From: Antedon mediterranea
Lineage: Eukaryota > Animalia > Echinodermata
NCBI RefSeq assembly: GCF_964355755.1
Contig: NC_092674.1
Coordinates: 15,004,001 to 15,068,000, forward strand
Direction of reading: 5' to 3'
Length of the DNA: 64,000 nucleotides
The notes below the pieces were generated by a model. It worked only from the letters and a program-made list of their open reading frames with translations. It ran no database searches and was not told the origin of the DNA. Position numbers and translations under genes: made by a program. Below are positions 1-12,697 of this stretch, one piece after another (the first letter of the stretch is position 1; each line of letters opens with the position of its first letter).

Positions 1-1020
1 CCTGGGTATAAATCGAGTTAATCGTAAATTTAAAAATTCGAACTAGATCGTAGGCCTACTCTTTTGCTGTGTAGCGCCTGATGGAAAGTAATTCTACGCA
101 TTTTGGTCCCTGGATGGAACATGATATATCACGCGTAAACCGCCAATGTTGAACGATTCCCACAAAGTGACACCGCTAGACAAGTGCGTTCCTACAAAAA
201 TCTAGGTCGCAATCCGGCGAGGGTGGTCGGAGTCAAACGCAGCAGTGTGTCATTGACGGTTATCAATCACATGTTCTACAGTACACGAAAACTATCGCAA
301 CTGGACGAAGTAAGTCGAAGTTGGTCATGTTGACTGTTGTTACACACAATTGTGCGTGATCAAAAGGTCAAATCAAATGTTAGAAAGCCGACTCAAGGAA
401 GCGAAGCAGCCGTATTCACGTATTTATTATTTGTTTGCCTTACTACTACGTATATTTGTTGATTGAAGTCAGACAAGTCAAGGGGCCCGTCAGGGCGCCG
501 TGGGTCGCGATCAAGCGAAGTTCCATAACAACAACTTGAAATCAGTCAACCACATAATGAGGGGCGGAGCTATTTATGGACGCACTAAAACGGAATAATT
601 GTGAATAATCGGTAGTCCCTTGGACGCAACATTTTAGCTGCGTCCAGAAGGATGTCACAATACAATAGATATCGCGACCAGCTGCAGTACAATCCGTCCG
701 ATATTTAGTGGAGATGACGCCTAAAGCCAATTTCACCCATTGTTATGAGCCATTGTTAATTTTACCAGTCAACAATGGTACATTGTGCCGGATTATTTTC
801 AAATTTTATGTTGGTACTGGAAATTGACGATCGGGATACTGTCCCGGATGTGACGATCATTCACGCGTGAAAAAGTCAAGCAGCTCACGGAATCTAAAAT
901 TTTATAAATATATAAATTACGCCATTATTTACAGCTGAAATTATTCCATAAATAAACTTTGCCTTTATGGATTTTTAAAACAACAGTAACAAAGTATCAT
1001 GTTATTAATCTATCTAATAC

Positions 1021-2412
1021 AGACAACAATGTGCGTCGCTAATTCGATCTAATTATTAATTGGTAGGGTTGCGGACGAACATTTATAGGGTGTACGTTTT
1101 ATATAACAGATGAAATCATTTATTTCATCGATAAGTTTGTTTGTTTGTTTTTATTGATTTTCCACACAAAATGAATATGATAATTAAGTAACAATAAACA
1201 TATATATACACAAGAAAGATGTGTGGCTGGTGGACAAATATGTTCAAAGGACTTTAAGGCTTACCCACCAGAAAAGATACAATAAACATTATCAAGTATA
1301 ACGAGTAATTAATACATAGTAAGAATATAAAATAAGAAGTAAAAATACATAAGTAAAATAAAAAATTTAAAACGTAAATAAATAAGAAAAACAGAGTATA
1401 AGTTATTAAAATGAATCATAAGTGTTTTAAACTTTAGCATTTGCACAAGAAATAATAAGTTAATAATAAGTTAATAATAATAATAAATACGTAGTATTTA
1501 AGTACTAATAAATTATTTATTATATTCAGAGACTAAAAGCTTTTTGTAGTTGTATTTAAAACTAGAGACTGTACATTTTCTTTTTAACTCCTGTGAGATA
1601 ACTCTCCAGAGCTTAGGTCCAACATAAAAAACAGAGTGACGACGGAGCTTATAAAACGACTTATCAGAAATAAAATTATTTATCGAACTTCTAGTGTTAT
1701 GTGTATGACCTTCAGCAGTTTTTGAAAATAGAGAACTTATATGAAAAGGCAAGATATTTTTAGATAAGCGGAACATAAATAGAGCTATCTGAAGCTTATG
1801 CAAATCATAAATGTTTAGAACGTTAAGCTTATGAAAAAGTAATTTCGAATGTGATCTATAAGATTGCCCTACACAAATACGTATAGCACGTTTTTGTAAT
1901 TTGAACAAGCAGTCAATATGGGTAGTCTCATTACTAAGCCATGGGCACAATGTATCGAACTTATCTAAGTTAATTATGCGTGTTTCAAATGCCTCCGACG
2001 CATGCGCACATACCCACAGACTGAAAAAAAAATCTAAATAATTATAATCGTGTTTCGTGAAGATCCTGTACGCTTTTGTTTAAAGCAACACAGACAACGA
2101 ATGACGGTCGCAAAGTGAACACATGTGCATCCCCAATCCGATCTAAATATTTAGATAGGGTTGCGGACAAACATGTTTAGGGTCTACATTTTATATAACA
2201 GATTGAAATGTACCTCAAATCAAAATATTTTGTGAAGATCCTTTACGCTTTTGTTTAAAGCAAAATAAAAAAAAAAACACAATATAGGGCCTATACTAAT
2301 GGAAACCAAAGGAAATGTTTCACTTTCACATATTTCTATTCTATTGCCATGCTGCAAACACACCGAATGACGGCCGCAAAGTGAACATATGTGCGTCCCC
2401 AATCCGATCTAA
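1021..2412. repeat. local diverged repeat, 3 partial copies (~1021-1117, ~2050-2210, ~2230-2412)
   Basis: shared blocks such as tagggttgcggac..acat...ttttatataacaga, gtgaagatcc..tacgcttttgtttaaagcaa and gaatgacgg.cgcaaagtgaaca; the LINE lies between copies 1 and 2. Confidence 0.55.
1135..1950 (-). mobile_element. 5'-truncated LINE (L2/Crack/CR1-group) 3' end
   Basis: ORF 1513..1950 has the C-terminal LINE ORF2 pattern LQKRAIR..Y.SH...LF..LN.L....HNTR...GPKLW...SFK; downstream 3'UTR ends in AATAAA followed by an (AAAC)n tail at ~1135-1155. Confidence 0.8.
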
Positions 2413-3222
2413 TTACGGCATGGTATAATAGAGCAGAGATAGCCTATAACCTCGTTGGGCTTTTGTGAATAATGACGTCGAACGGACGTATTTGGGTCCC
2501 CAATCCCAGAATTCTTTACCGTTGGTATCGTAGCTACTGGGCACCATCATGAAAAGGGTGAAATGTGGTTTATTATAGTTACTTCGTTACAAAAATGTGA
2601 GTAAAAACGGTTGTCAACGTACTATGCCATGCCTCGCTAGGCCTATACATAGAGAAGGCGGTGGAGGGAGAGAGGTATAGCAGGCCCCAGGCGGTTGCCG
2701 CAGCGGCCGCATGACCTGTTCACTAGGCCTACTACTACTTATTGTTCTATAAATTAACTATAAATTCTCAGAAAAATAGAATAGCTGTCAATCAATAACT
2801 TTATTTCATGATTGTTTATCAATAACATTAACGAATCCGTGGTTAGCCGACCGTATAATTGGATCATACGCCTTTATCGGGTGTGAAAACTACTTCCTTA
2901 GCAACATGTATTTTGGTAATTCTCCTATTTCTCAACTCGACGTCGAAATGACGTCAAAACGTCGTCTCAAGGGACGCACTTTTTTCAAGCGGGAAGGGTT
3001 TTTTTTCTTCTGTTTTTCAGTTTCGAATTCTGTAGTCGAACGTGGATTTTCTGCTATACTGGTATACTGCTGGCCTGCACATAGGATAATGCACAACGTT
3101 TTTAACTTCGAACTTTTTAAGTATACCAAATTTGTATATAAAACACAATAGAAAAGATGGTTACTTTTAAAACACTGTTTTCTTTCTACATACACAAACA
3201 AATGCTACACAAATTTAATAAA

Positions 3223-4528
3223 CTAGATGGTACGCTCGCGTACCATCTAGGTCGTGCCCACAGATGGTTCTCGAATACACAGTAATTTCAGCGTAGCAAA
3301 ACTGGCGATTTCAAATGTACGTACCGCAGGAATATAATACATTGTCGTTTAAAGAAACGAATAAATAGACACGATGATTTGTGTAGTCAACTAAAATTAG
3401 CACCCTGTGAATTACTTCCGAAGGAGAAACTTATCAAAATGAGTCCAAATTTTTGATTTGGCCTCATTTAAAGAAACCCAATTTGTGTTTTGTATGTAAC
3501 ATTAGGGTTGAGGGATGGGAAAGCGGATAGGTACAAAGAGGAACAATTTTTAAATATATTCTTTATCAACTCAGTAACGAAATGTTTTGTTCTTGTTTTA
3601 TAGGCCTATAAATACTATACCTCTAAATACAGTAAAACATTTGAGATTTAATAAATAATACTTTGTTAAAACTGTCACTGTCATAATCGATTGAAATATT
3701 AAAGTACATGTCACGATACACCACTACGACGTTTATATTTTGGTAATTATTAATTAATATAAACGTTGAGAAGGAACTGTCAGTATAAAGTTTATTTGTA
3801 TATAATAATGTGTTTATATATCTAACAGTACAGCCTATCCACAATCTCAGTAATAAAGTTTATTTGTATATATTTTTATATTACATCTAACAGTACGAAC
3901 ATTCACAGTAAGAAATTTTCGATTCAAATGAGGTATTTACAGTATTGTCAAAGTATTGCAAGTTTATTCTCAAAGGGCCCATATATTTACCTACCGTATG
4001 TGTTAAACCAGGGGCTCATAAATTTACCTACTTGTGTTAAACCAAACTCTGGCAGACTGAGAGATTGGGATGTTCCATTCATCGCAAATCAATACATTTG
4101 TATAAACGTATATTAAATCTATCAAAATAGTATTTTTTTAAGAAAATCGGCCTGTCTTCAACATTATGATGCTGTACTCTAGCTGTTCAACCGGTTTTCA
4201 GCTATTAAAAACAATTATCGTAGGAGGAGATAGGAAAATGCGAAGCCTCCTCGCATTTTTGTGGCGGGTATTTTTCAAGATGGACATCCATTAGACAGTG
4301 TATACCACGATCGGAAAACACCCCTATTTGGGGCAAATCGTTGAACCTAAATTCGTTTTAATCGTCAATAACTAATTATCTAACTTAATTTAATTAGTAA
4401 ACAGGGTTACATCAGGTGGTTAAAATCAGTACCGAAAGTACGAACCAACTTTATATACCATTGAGTACAAATTCTAGAAGTAAGGCGCAATTTACCAAAT
4501 TTTGCCCTTACGTAAATTTATATATAGA
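3223..4528 (-). mobile_element. non-autonomous Helitron, complete
   Basis: minus strand starts A|TCTATATA at 4528 and ends CTAG|T at 3223; terminal palindrome ctagatggtacg-ctcg-cgtaccatctag at 3223-3250; no TSD; homologous pieces at 25447, 26090 and 32036-34840. Confidence 0.75.
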
Positions 4529-6714
4529 TTGCTAATCAACTTTCAAATTGATTATCAATTATTCCTATTCAAAATTTTGCCATGAAAGTTTTCCCAGTCT
4601 ATATAAAAAATCTCCCCTATCTGTACCCATTATAATTTGAAAAATTAGTAAAGTAAAAATTCCACCTGTAATTCGAAAGCTTGGACGACCAAAGGTTGCA
4701 GATTTAAAAGTCATTGGATTACCTTCAAAGCACTCCAGGAAGAACGTTGTCAAGTGGAAAACCTGTGCCATTTAGAATAAAAGCAACTGAAAAAGAAGTA
4801 AGACATTTAGCAACTGACATGTGATAAAAGTATCAATATCATTATTCTATAATGTTGTTTTTCTTTTTCAAACAGTAGACAATATATACTAAAAAACCTC
4901 TTGCATTAATTGTAATTACCGTACACGTACATATGCACAAATATGATACTGTAGAGATTTTATATTATATATATCTTTAAAACATGTTGCTAATTAGTCT
5001 TATATGTATTTAAATGAACATATATTTTACAATCATGTAAGTTGTTGATATAGGTAATATGTAAGATAATATTAAGAATGAAACCCCAGCAGAATTTTTT
5101 TCTGAACTTAATAAATGTAATTTATGTACCAAAAATAGAAACCAAATTGTGACATAGAACTTATGTTTTCAGAGGTCACCAATGATAATATGTGTTTTTT
5201 GTGTGTATGCATTACGTGTTGCTCTATGAGATCGTTTTAGAGAATGTGAAAAAATAGCAATTATGTAATTTGATTTGAATGGTAAACATAGGCTTACGTT
5301 CATAACATGTCGTGTCAAGAAATGTTACGAACATCATATGGGGCTAGCTTGTGAGTAAACACAGGTTTATTCAATCAACGAATTATTTGTAATTTATATC
5401 TTATCTAACTAAAACATTGGCAAGTTTAATAATTTTGTATGGCTATTTATATCAGTTAAAAAAAACAATTCAAAACATGTTTACATGTGTTGTGTCAAGT
5501 CTGTTACGAATGTCATTTGGAAGACTGGACAGGCCTAAACCACATGTGCAGAGCGCTAGTCATCGCTGGTCGTTGATAAGGAAGCCCCAGCAGTACAACT
5601 AATATAAACAATAAAACGTCTGGATACAGGTCAAATGTCACTGCTACAGACGATAACACCTTTCGTTTTTTGCACGGTGTTACACACATCATAAACTTTA
5701 TTATCATTAAATATCCTATCACATTTGAACACAATCAAGGTATGTTTTCAAATATTATTGTAATATTAGTATCTATGGACACTAATAACCTTTGGTTTTT
5801 TACTTAATGGTAGAAATTTATGTTAAAATCGTAGTTTTTTACAGTTCCCTGGGTGTAAACAAACATTTTTTCAGCTGATACTTTGGGGTTAGCTGTTACA
5901 AACATCAATGTAAACATCTGCTTTTTTCCAAATAAAACACATCTTTCTAGTTGTTTTAACAATAAGAAATTTAATTTAAAATCATCATGTTGATTTTGTA
6001 TTTTAAATAATTATAATTTCCTGTGAAGTTGTATTATATTATGTAGTTCTGACTGTCAATTGATGCATTTTTGACGTTCGTAACTTTGACACAATTACCC
6101 TCACTGAATAATCGTGTCACCTGTTACGAACATAAAATTAAATTCATACATGCTGTCATGCCAATAACACGTATTCTAAAGTGTGTTGATCAACATAAAA
6201 TACAATTATAAGTCAATACATTTATTAAGTATTCTGCAATAAATGTATTATGTTTTGATAAGTGTTATTTTTCTATGTTTATATATAGATGTTGTTGATG
6301 TTCGTAAACTTCACAAAATTTTCGTCACCTATATGCTGGTGGACGTTCATGTCAGCTCTGTTACGTACATAATAGATTTTCTAAAATTAATGTTAAAAGT
6401 AGTGTGTGCTGACAATGATGCTATTATTTCATTATCTCAGTAATAAGATGTCTGTAACACTTGACACCATAATTATTAGCCATCAAATGCTACTTGTAAT
6501 AGACTAGGCCTAGGCTAGGTCTAGCCTAGTGTTCAAAGTTTTTGATAGCATTGCACTATTATTACTGTGGTTGATGTACTATTACTGTGGTTGATGTGCA
6601 AGTACTGATGACTTTCACAGTCACAGATTATTTATTAAAAAGATAATGTATATTTATGTCAGGAAATGTATAGTCATACCGTATATTTATTTAATTACTA
6701 TTTTTTAATACTCA

Positions 6715-9501
6715 GAATGAAGCTTCGTTGCTGTACTGAAAAAGATGATAAAATTGATCTGGATGATGTCCGAAAAAAGCAGAAAGAAGACTGATATTCA
6801 ACTCAGGCGTCAACTGTTTATGGCCGTGTGTGTCAAAAACAAAGAAAAACACTTGCCCGAAAGCATCTAAGACTGAGTTAGAGTTTTTTGACCAAGCCAA
6901 TCAATTCACATTCGATAAAGTTTAGAAAGCAAAGGATCAGTGATGCTCTGAGCCAGGACACAGTGTCTAAAGTTCTGTCATTTTATGTTCGGGTGGACAT
7001 TGCAAGAGAATTGCCAGATGCACGTTCCGCTGTAGACATCAGGCAAGGTGATGGAATGCACAATGAAGACGGCCTACAATGAACTGTCTCACTTAGTTTT
7101 ACCAAGTTCTCCACACTTAAGTCAGCAAACTATGAACCGGTTTCAAAGACCAAACTTTTGCAATGTGAGTATTGTATCAATGTAACATTTAAGGTAGAAT
7201 CCTTATATGCCAAGTGCATTGCTAACAAACATGTTGCTTTGAAAAACAAGTACGAAGCCTCATCCATAACAGTATGCGAGGCCCCAGGAATGTTCCCCAA
7301 AAAGGAGTGTATAGACCGCACATGCAACAAATGTGGTGTTGGTGTTGTTTCAAAGCACCTACAGCCTCTTCTGCAAGCCCATGGGGATGACCCCATCAAG
7401 TGGAAAGTATGGGTCAGCGAAGCTTACACAAAGACAAAACACATGGCAAATGCAAAATGGCAGTATCCCTGATGACTGGTCTCTACTGTGCATGGATTTT
7501 GGACAGAATTACAATTGTCATTTTCAAGATGAAGCCCAAAGCGCCCATTGGTCGTATGAGCAGGCCACCATTCACCCAATTGTTGCCTATTACAAGTGTC
7601 TGGAGTATGGGCAACCGATGCATGAATCATGTATTTTTATAAGTGACGACCGTAAACATGACTACCATGCTGTACAGCATTTTGTGAACATTACTAATCA
7701 ACATCTCGTTCAGCAAGGGCTAAGGATTAACAATCAAGTCCAGTTTTCTGATGGGTCGCCTGTGCAATATAAATGCAAGAGTTCCTTTTCTGATGCATCC
7801 CATGGTATGCAGGATTTTGGCTGGCCAGTGGAGAATGATTTTTTTGGCAGCTGACATGGGAAGGGCCCATGCGATGGTGAAATTGGAGTAATGAAGAAAT
7901 GTGCGAACACTGCAGTAAGATCCAGACGATTTTTTATCGCTAATGCTCATGACCTCTTCACCTTCTGCAAGGAAACTTTGTCGCAATCCAAAGAGGAAGA
8001 CCATGTACACATGAGAAGAAGTTTCTTCTATGTCAAAAATGGGGAAATCAACAGAGAAGACAGAAAGAACTACAAACATCCGTCCTATCCAAAATACAGA
8101 CAGCTCTCACAGCTTTAGTGGTATTGAACCATATGTTATCGGAACAAAGAAAAGAAGCTGTTTCTGTGACACTTGTAGAGGTACATCAAGCCAACCATGT
8201 CCAAACATCAAGTTCACTGGTCATCTATCTTTGATGTCGCTTAAAAGTGGGAAAATTGAAAGGTATGTACTGTAGTATAAAAACAGTAGGGGTCCTTCAC
8301 AATTATAAACATTTTTACAACATTGTTTTTTGTGGTTGACTGGATACATTCAAAAGTCTGTTTTATTCATAGGTTCATACTCATTGATCATGAAAATGTC
8401 TAATTTCAATATTTGCAAATTACAGTGATTTGAATCAACAAAGTGATCCTCTCCCTAAACATACTGTTTGATAATTGTTAAGGACCCCTTATTTATTCAT
8501 GAAACAATTGTCTGAGAACTGAAAAGAAAAAAAAAACTGTAGTACTATATAATATTCAATAATTGTTATATTGTTCAGAACATCACTTAAGCATAGCAGT
8601 GAACCCACACAGACTACAGTGCCTGTCTTGCTAATCTCCACAGATTCTGACCAGTCCGCACAAACTTATATGAATAGTGAAAAGATGTAAGCATTGTACT
8701 TAATAAAATACAAATGAGCAGCTCTGAGAACACAACATATACTATTTGGTTGGTTTTTATTTCAGCAAATCTGCCCATACTACATCTATTGTTTTACCTA
8801 CTAAACAGCGAAGACGGGTTTTAATCACACAGACGCGTCTTCGCCGCGATTAGGTAGCTCATGAATATTCATAATAGATCGTTAATGAGGTTCAGCATTG
8901 GACAGACGCGTCTGATGGGTTGCAAGTTTTCAGACGCGTCTCTGTGGTCTGAAATAATTTGTAGATGACGCCTTAGATGATGGGTCTTCTGTACCACCAT
9001 TACCAGTCCAGCCATTACATCATCAAGATAATCAATCAAAGATGTACTGTACCTGTACATATAATTTGTTTATTACTGTAAAAGTGCAAATATTTGTGTT
9101 GTTAAATTTTTGCGATAATGGCTCTTTACACACTCTTGCACGCTTTTATTTAATATTTGACTTGATTTTGAATTATTATTTTGCAGGGATCTTCAAGTTG
9201 GAAACTTTGCAGCTGTACAATTGCATTCTGTTGGTAAAAAGACCAACACTACATCTGTGTAATGGCAAAGGTGGTTCACATCGAAATTAAAAGTGGTATC
9301 ATTACTGTCAAGTACATGAAAAAACAGGGGAATAATTTGTACAATTAGCCATCAGATGAAGATTATTCAACCCAACCCAGAGGGGACATTATCTGCTCTG
9401 TATCCGCTCCAGTGCTGGTGAATGCCAGAGAGCAATTCCAGTTTTCTCTTGATGAGCTTAACCAAATTGAAATGTTGTTTAAGAAAATCAATTTCAAATA
9501 G
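6715..9501 (+). pseudogene. decayed spliced Sola2-like DDD transposase with C-terminal Tudor-like exon
   Basis: motifs DFGQNY..QDEAQSAHW..QATIHP, SDDRKHD, FSDG..QYK and FFGS*HGKGPCDG across broken ORFs 6888-8275; exon ~9187-9501 reads DLQVGNFAAV..VKYMKK..N*P..APVLVNAREQFQF, homologous to the end of the 55199 ORF; termini not resolved. Confidence 0.75.
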
Positions 9502-9519
9502 TTTGATGAAATTATAAGA

Positions 9520-9832
9520 CCGTATATTGCTGTGTATAAGCATGGTATAAGTCACACCTGTGTATAAGACACACCCATAATTGTGAACGAAATATCTTGT
9601 ACTTTTATGTCACCTGTGTATAAGACGCATCTAGGTCGAAATTTAAAGCATTTAACATGCTAACGGTGGGCAGTGTGATCTCCGAAATTAACCTCAACAT
9701 GTTAAATGCTTTAAATTTCGACCTAGGTATATGTGCGTCTTATACACAGGTGACATAAAGGTACAAGATAATTCGTTCACAATTATGCGTGCGTCTTATA
9801 CACAGGTGCAATTTATATACAGCAAAATACGG
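9520..9832. mobile_element. pogo/Tc2-like foldback MITE
   Basis: CCGTA...TACGG termini, TA on the right flank, ~140-bp inverted arms containing repeated tgtgtataagac motifs. Confidence 0.75.
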
Positions 9833-12697
9833 TACCCAAGTTAATTTGATGATTTTAATAGTTTTATGAAACTAATATCAAACAATTTGGTGAGATTAAT
9901 AGTTACATTTGGTTAAAATTCCAAAAAATGAATTAAAAAAAATTTGATGAAATAAATAGTTGCGATTGGTTAAATTAAAAAAAATTAGTTTCAAATAATT
10001 TTATATCATATTTAAAGCTGCGATGACTTGAATCAACAGTCAAAATTGTTGGTGTCTTTGTTACCAACAAAATCAACTATTGAATTTTGTGTTTATTATA
10101 CAAAGGTAGGTTTACAAACAACCATATTGTTTGAACTTGCTGATTGCAAGTAGGCATCTTATTCTTTGTTCATGTTCTTGCAGGGTTTCAGGCAAATTGT
10201 TGTAGAACTGTTGATGATATGCATAACGGTGTCAACTAATTTACGGATTATAATAAATGTGTGCAATACATGTAATTTTTTTTGTGTGTGTTTTTGTCTT
10301 TCTATTAAGTATAAGTATCAATCAGATATCAAATAAGGAAAAAAAAAGTACTCACCTTGGAGAGGCAATTTTCTAAATAACACCATAATACGAACATAAT
10401 ACATCCAACATAGTAACTTGTGATCTCAATTTTCCCGGGAAGTTGATACTTGACTATCTTTGTTTTGTATTATGTTTGTTGGGATATGTAAATTCAAAAT
10501 AAAATTGACTTTATTGAATTACGAACAATTTTTTGTCACATTTTTTATTGCAGTATCAAATTTGTGCATATATTATCAAAGGCTCTGATAACCTTTGTTT
10601 TCAGTCAATGTGATGTTTTCCTAAATTATTATATTATCCTCAGTTAGAGGAAAAATGGCAAAATCAGCACTGTGGTCATGTTACAAGTGTTGTCAAAACT
10701 ATATACGCCGTGGTTGGGATTCCGGCACCGGAACTCAACTGCCCAGCGTTGGGGAATCCGACACGCTATTGCGCATGCCCAGAGCAAAGTAATTATAGCT
10801 TGCACCAAAGAATAATATATAATAATAATTATATGAAGTTTATATATGAATGAAGCAACAACTTTTTTAATTACGAAATAAATAGGCCCACTGGTCACAT
10901 CTAGCTAGTAGGCCTACTAGTATTAGTAATAGTAGCGACCGCAATTTGCTACCGCGCATCGTTTCTGCGCATCAATATACTCGGTTCAGTTCGCTGTGCA
11001 AAATCTTGGTTTGAGTTGACGCCGCCAGCGGTTGTTTACCTTGTACCGTTCAAACGGTTTTTATGGTGCATTGTGGGTGTATATGTCACCTTTTTAATCG
11101 TTTACCTTCGCTATCTTGTTTTTCCGATCGATAAAAAAAAATTATCAAGAACCGTTTATTATAAGCAAAGTTATTGATTTCAGAATAGGTAAGTAATATT
11201 GAGTAATAAAAAAATGATTTTAACATAATTTTTCGAATATAAAGACCCATTAAAAACAATATGAAAAACGGAAAGAACAGGTTGTCTTTGACTTGAATGC
11301 AATCGTTTCAAGCAGAATAATTGCGATGCTTCCCGACGCCAACGACTTTCTTAGGCCAAGTCTAGGTCATTTGAAGGTCACTTGGCCTAGCTTTTTGACA
11401 GTTTATACTTAATCAATAAAACCATAATAAAATGATTTCATCATTTAGTATATTAATAAATAATGTTTGTTGACATTGTAAATTTAATTTTTGATGTATA
11501 TTTAAAGTTTTTCTAGAATTTTGAGAAATAAATTAAATAATAATACTGTATTGATATTTTTAATTACAGAGGGTGTTAGCCTAGTTGTTAACACCACCGT
11601 GTGCAGTCCCTTGATTATTAAGTTTGCTGTTCTATCTGGTAGGTTTACTCCCTCTATTATATAATGTTTTTTGTTGATTATATGTTTTGTTGATTATTTT
11701 TAATTAAGTGTTATTGTTTCTGAATTTTGCAATTATTTGTTGTTTGTATTGTTCAATATTGTCTTCTAATGAAAATATTTTATTTTAACGTTAATTTTGT
11801 TATTTATATATATAAAATTATTAATATCGATACTAATTGTTTTTTTCAGATTTTGCGTTGAAAATTGTCGTACGGGCTTGTGTGGTTCGTGTCGTTAACT
11901 GTATCATATAGTTAATATGATGCATTAGAAATCAAACTTTTATGATCTTTTAGATTAATAATTAGACACCAAAGTCATTTTTTCATAGTATATTTATTCT
12001 CAGAGTAATTGATAACCAAAAATTGTTTACTAGGCCTAGTGAAGAAAAATAGCACGTCAAAGAAATCGCGCGCATAGTAACGTATCGTAGTTGAATCGTG
12101 GAAAGCAAAATACTGCTCTGGGACGCGTGCCTCTCCAATTCCCTAATAATAGACCTAGCCTAGGCCCTATATTATTATTAATAATATATAATATTATTAT
12201 TGAACTTCCTAACGTCATAAAATAAGGAACCACGCATTTTAAATTAATAAAGTACATAACAAATGGGAGTAAAATAATTGCTAAATAACGACAGGCCAAA
12301 AAAGTTTCGTGCGTTTATATGTTGTTATTGTTATGCTATTTTTTTGTAATTAGTATTTTTTTTTTAACACAAATATGCAGGTTTTTTTTTTCTCAAATAT
12401 TTAATATACATAAATGCAATAAAAATAAATATATTTATTTCAAATTAAGCATATATTTATGTGTCTGTAATCTAGTTTAAATGACCTATATAGCTCTAGA
12501 AAGCCCCGACCGGGGGCCCTTGCCGGCCCCCTGGTCCCCAGCCAATGGTTGTTCGCTCACAAAGTTATTTATTTAGGACTTCAAAATTCTCCTGTTACTT
12601 TTTTTTTCTCCTCCTACTTAAAACCTTAATGCAACCCCTGAATTGTTGAGATAAAATGATTAATATACTAAATGGGCAAGTAATTCTTCCTTTAGGA

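Noticed and set aside
4530-10700. Termini of the first Sola2-like element
   Set aside because: ttacgaaca subterminal motifs occur on both sides, but no GRG..CYC TIR pair or TSD could be identified
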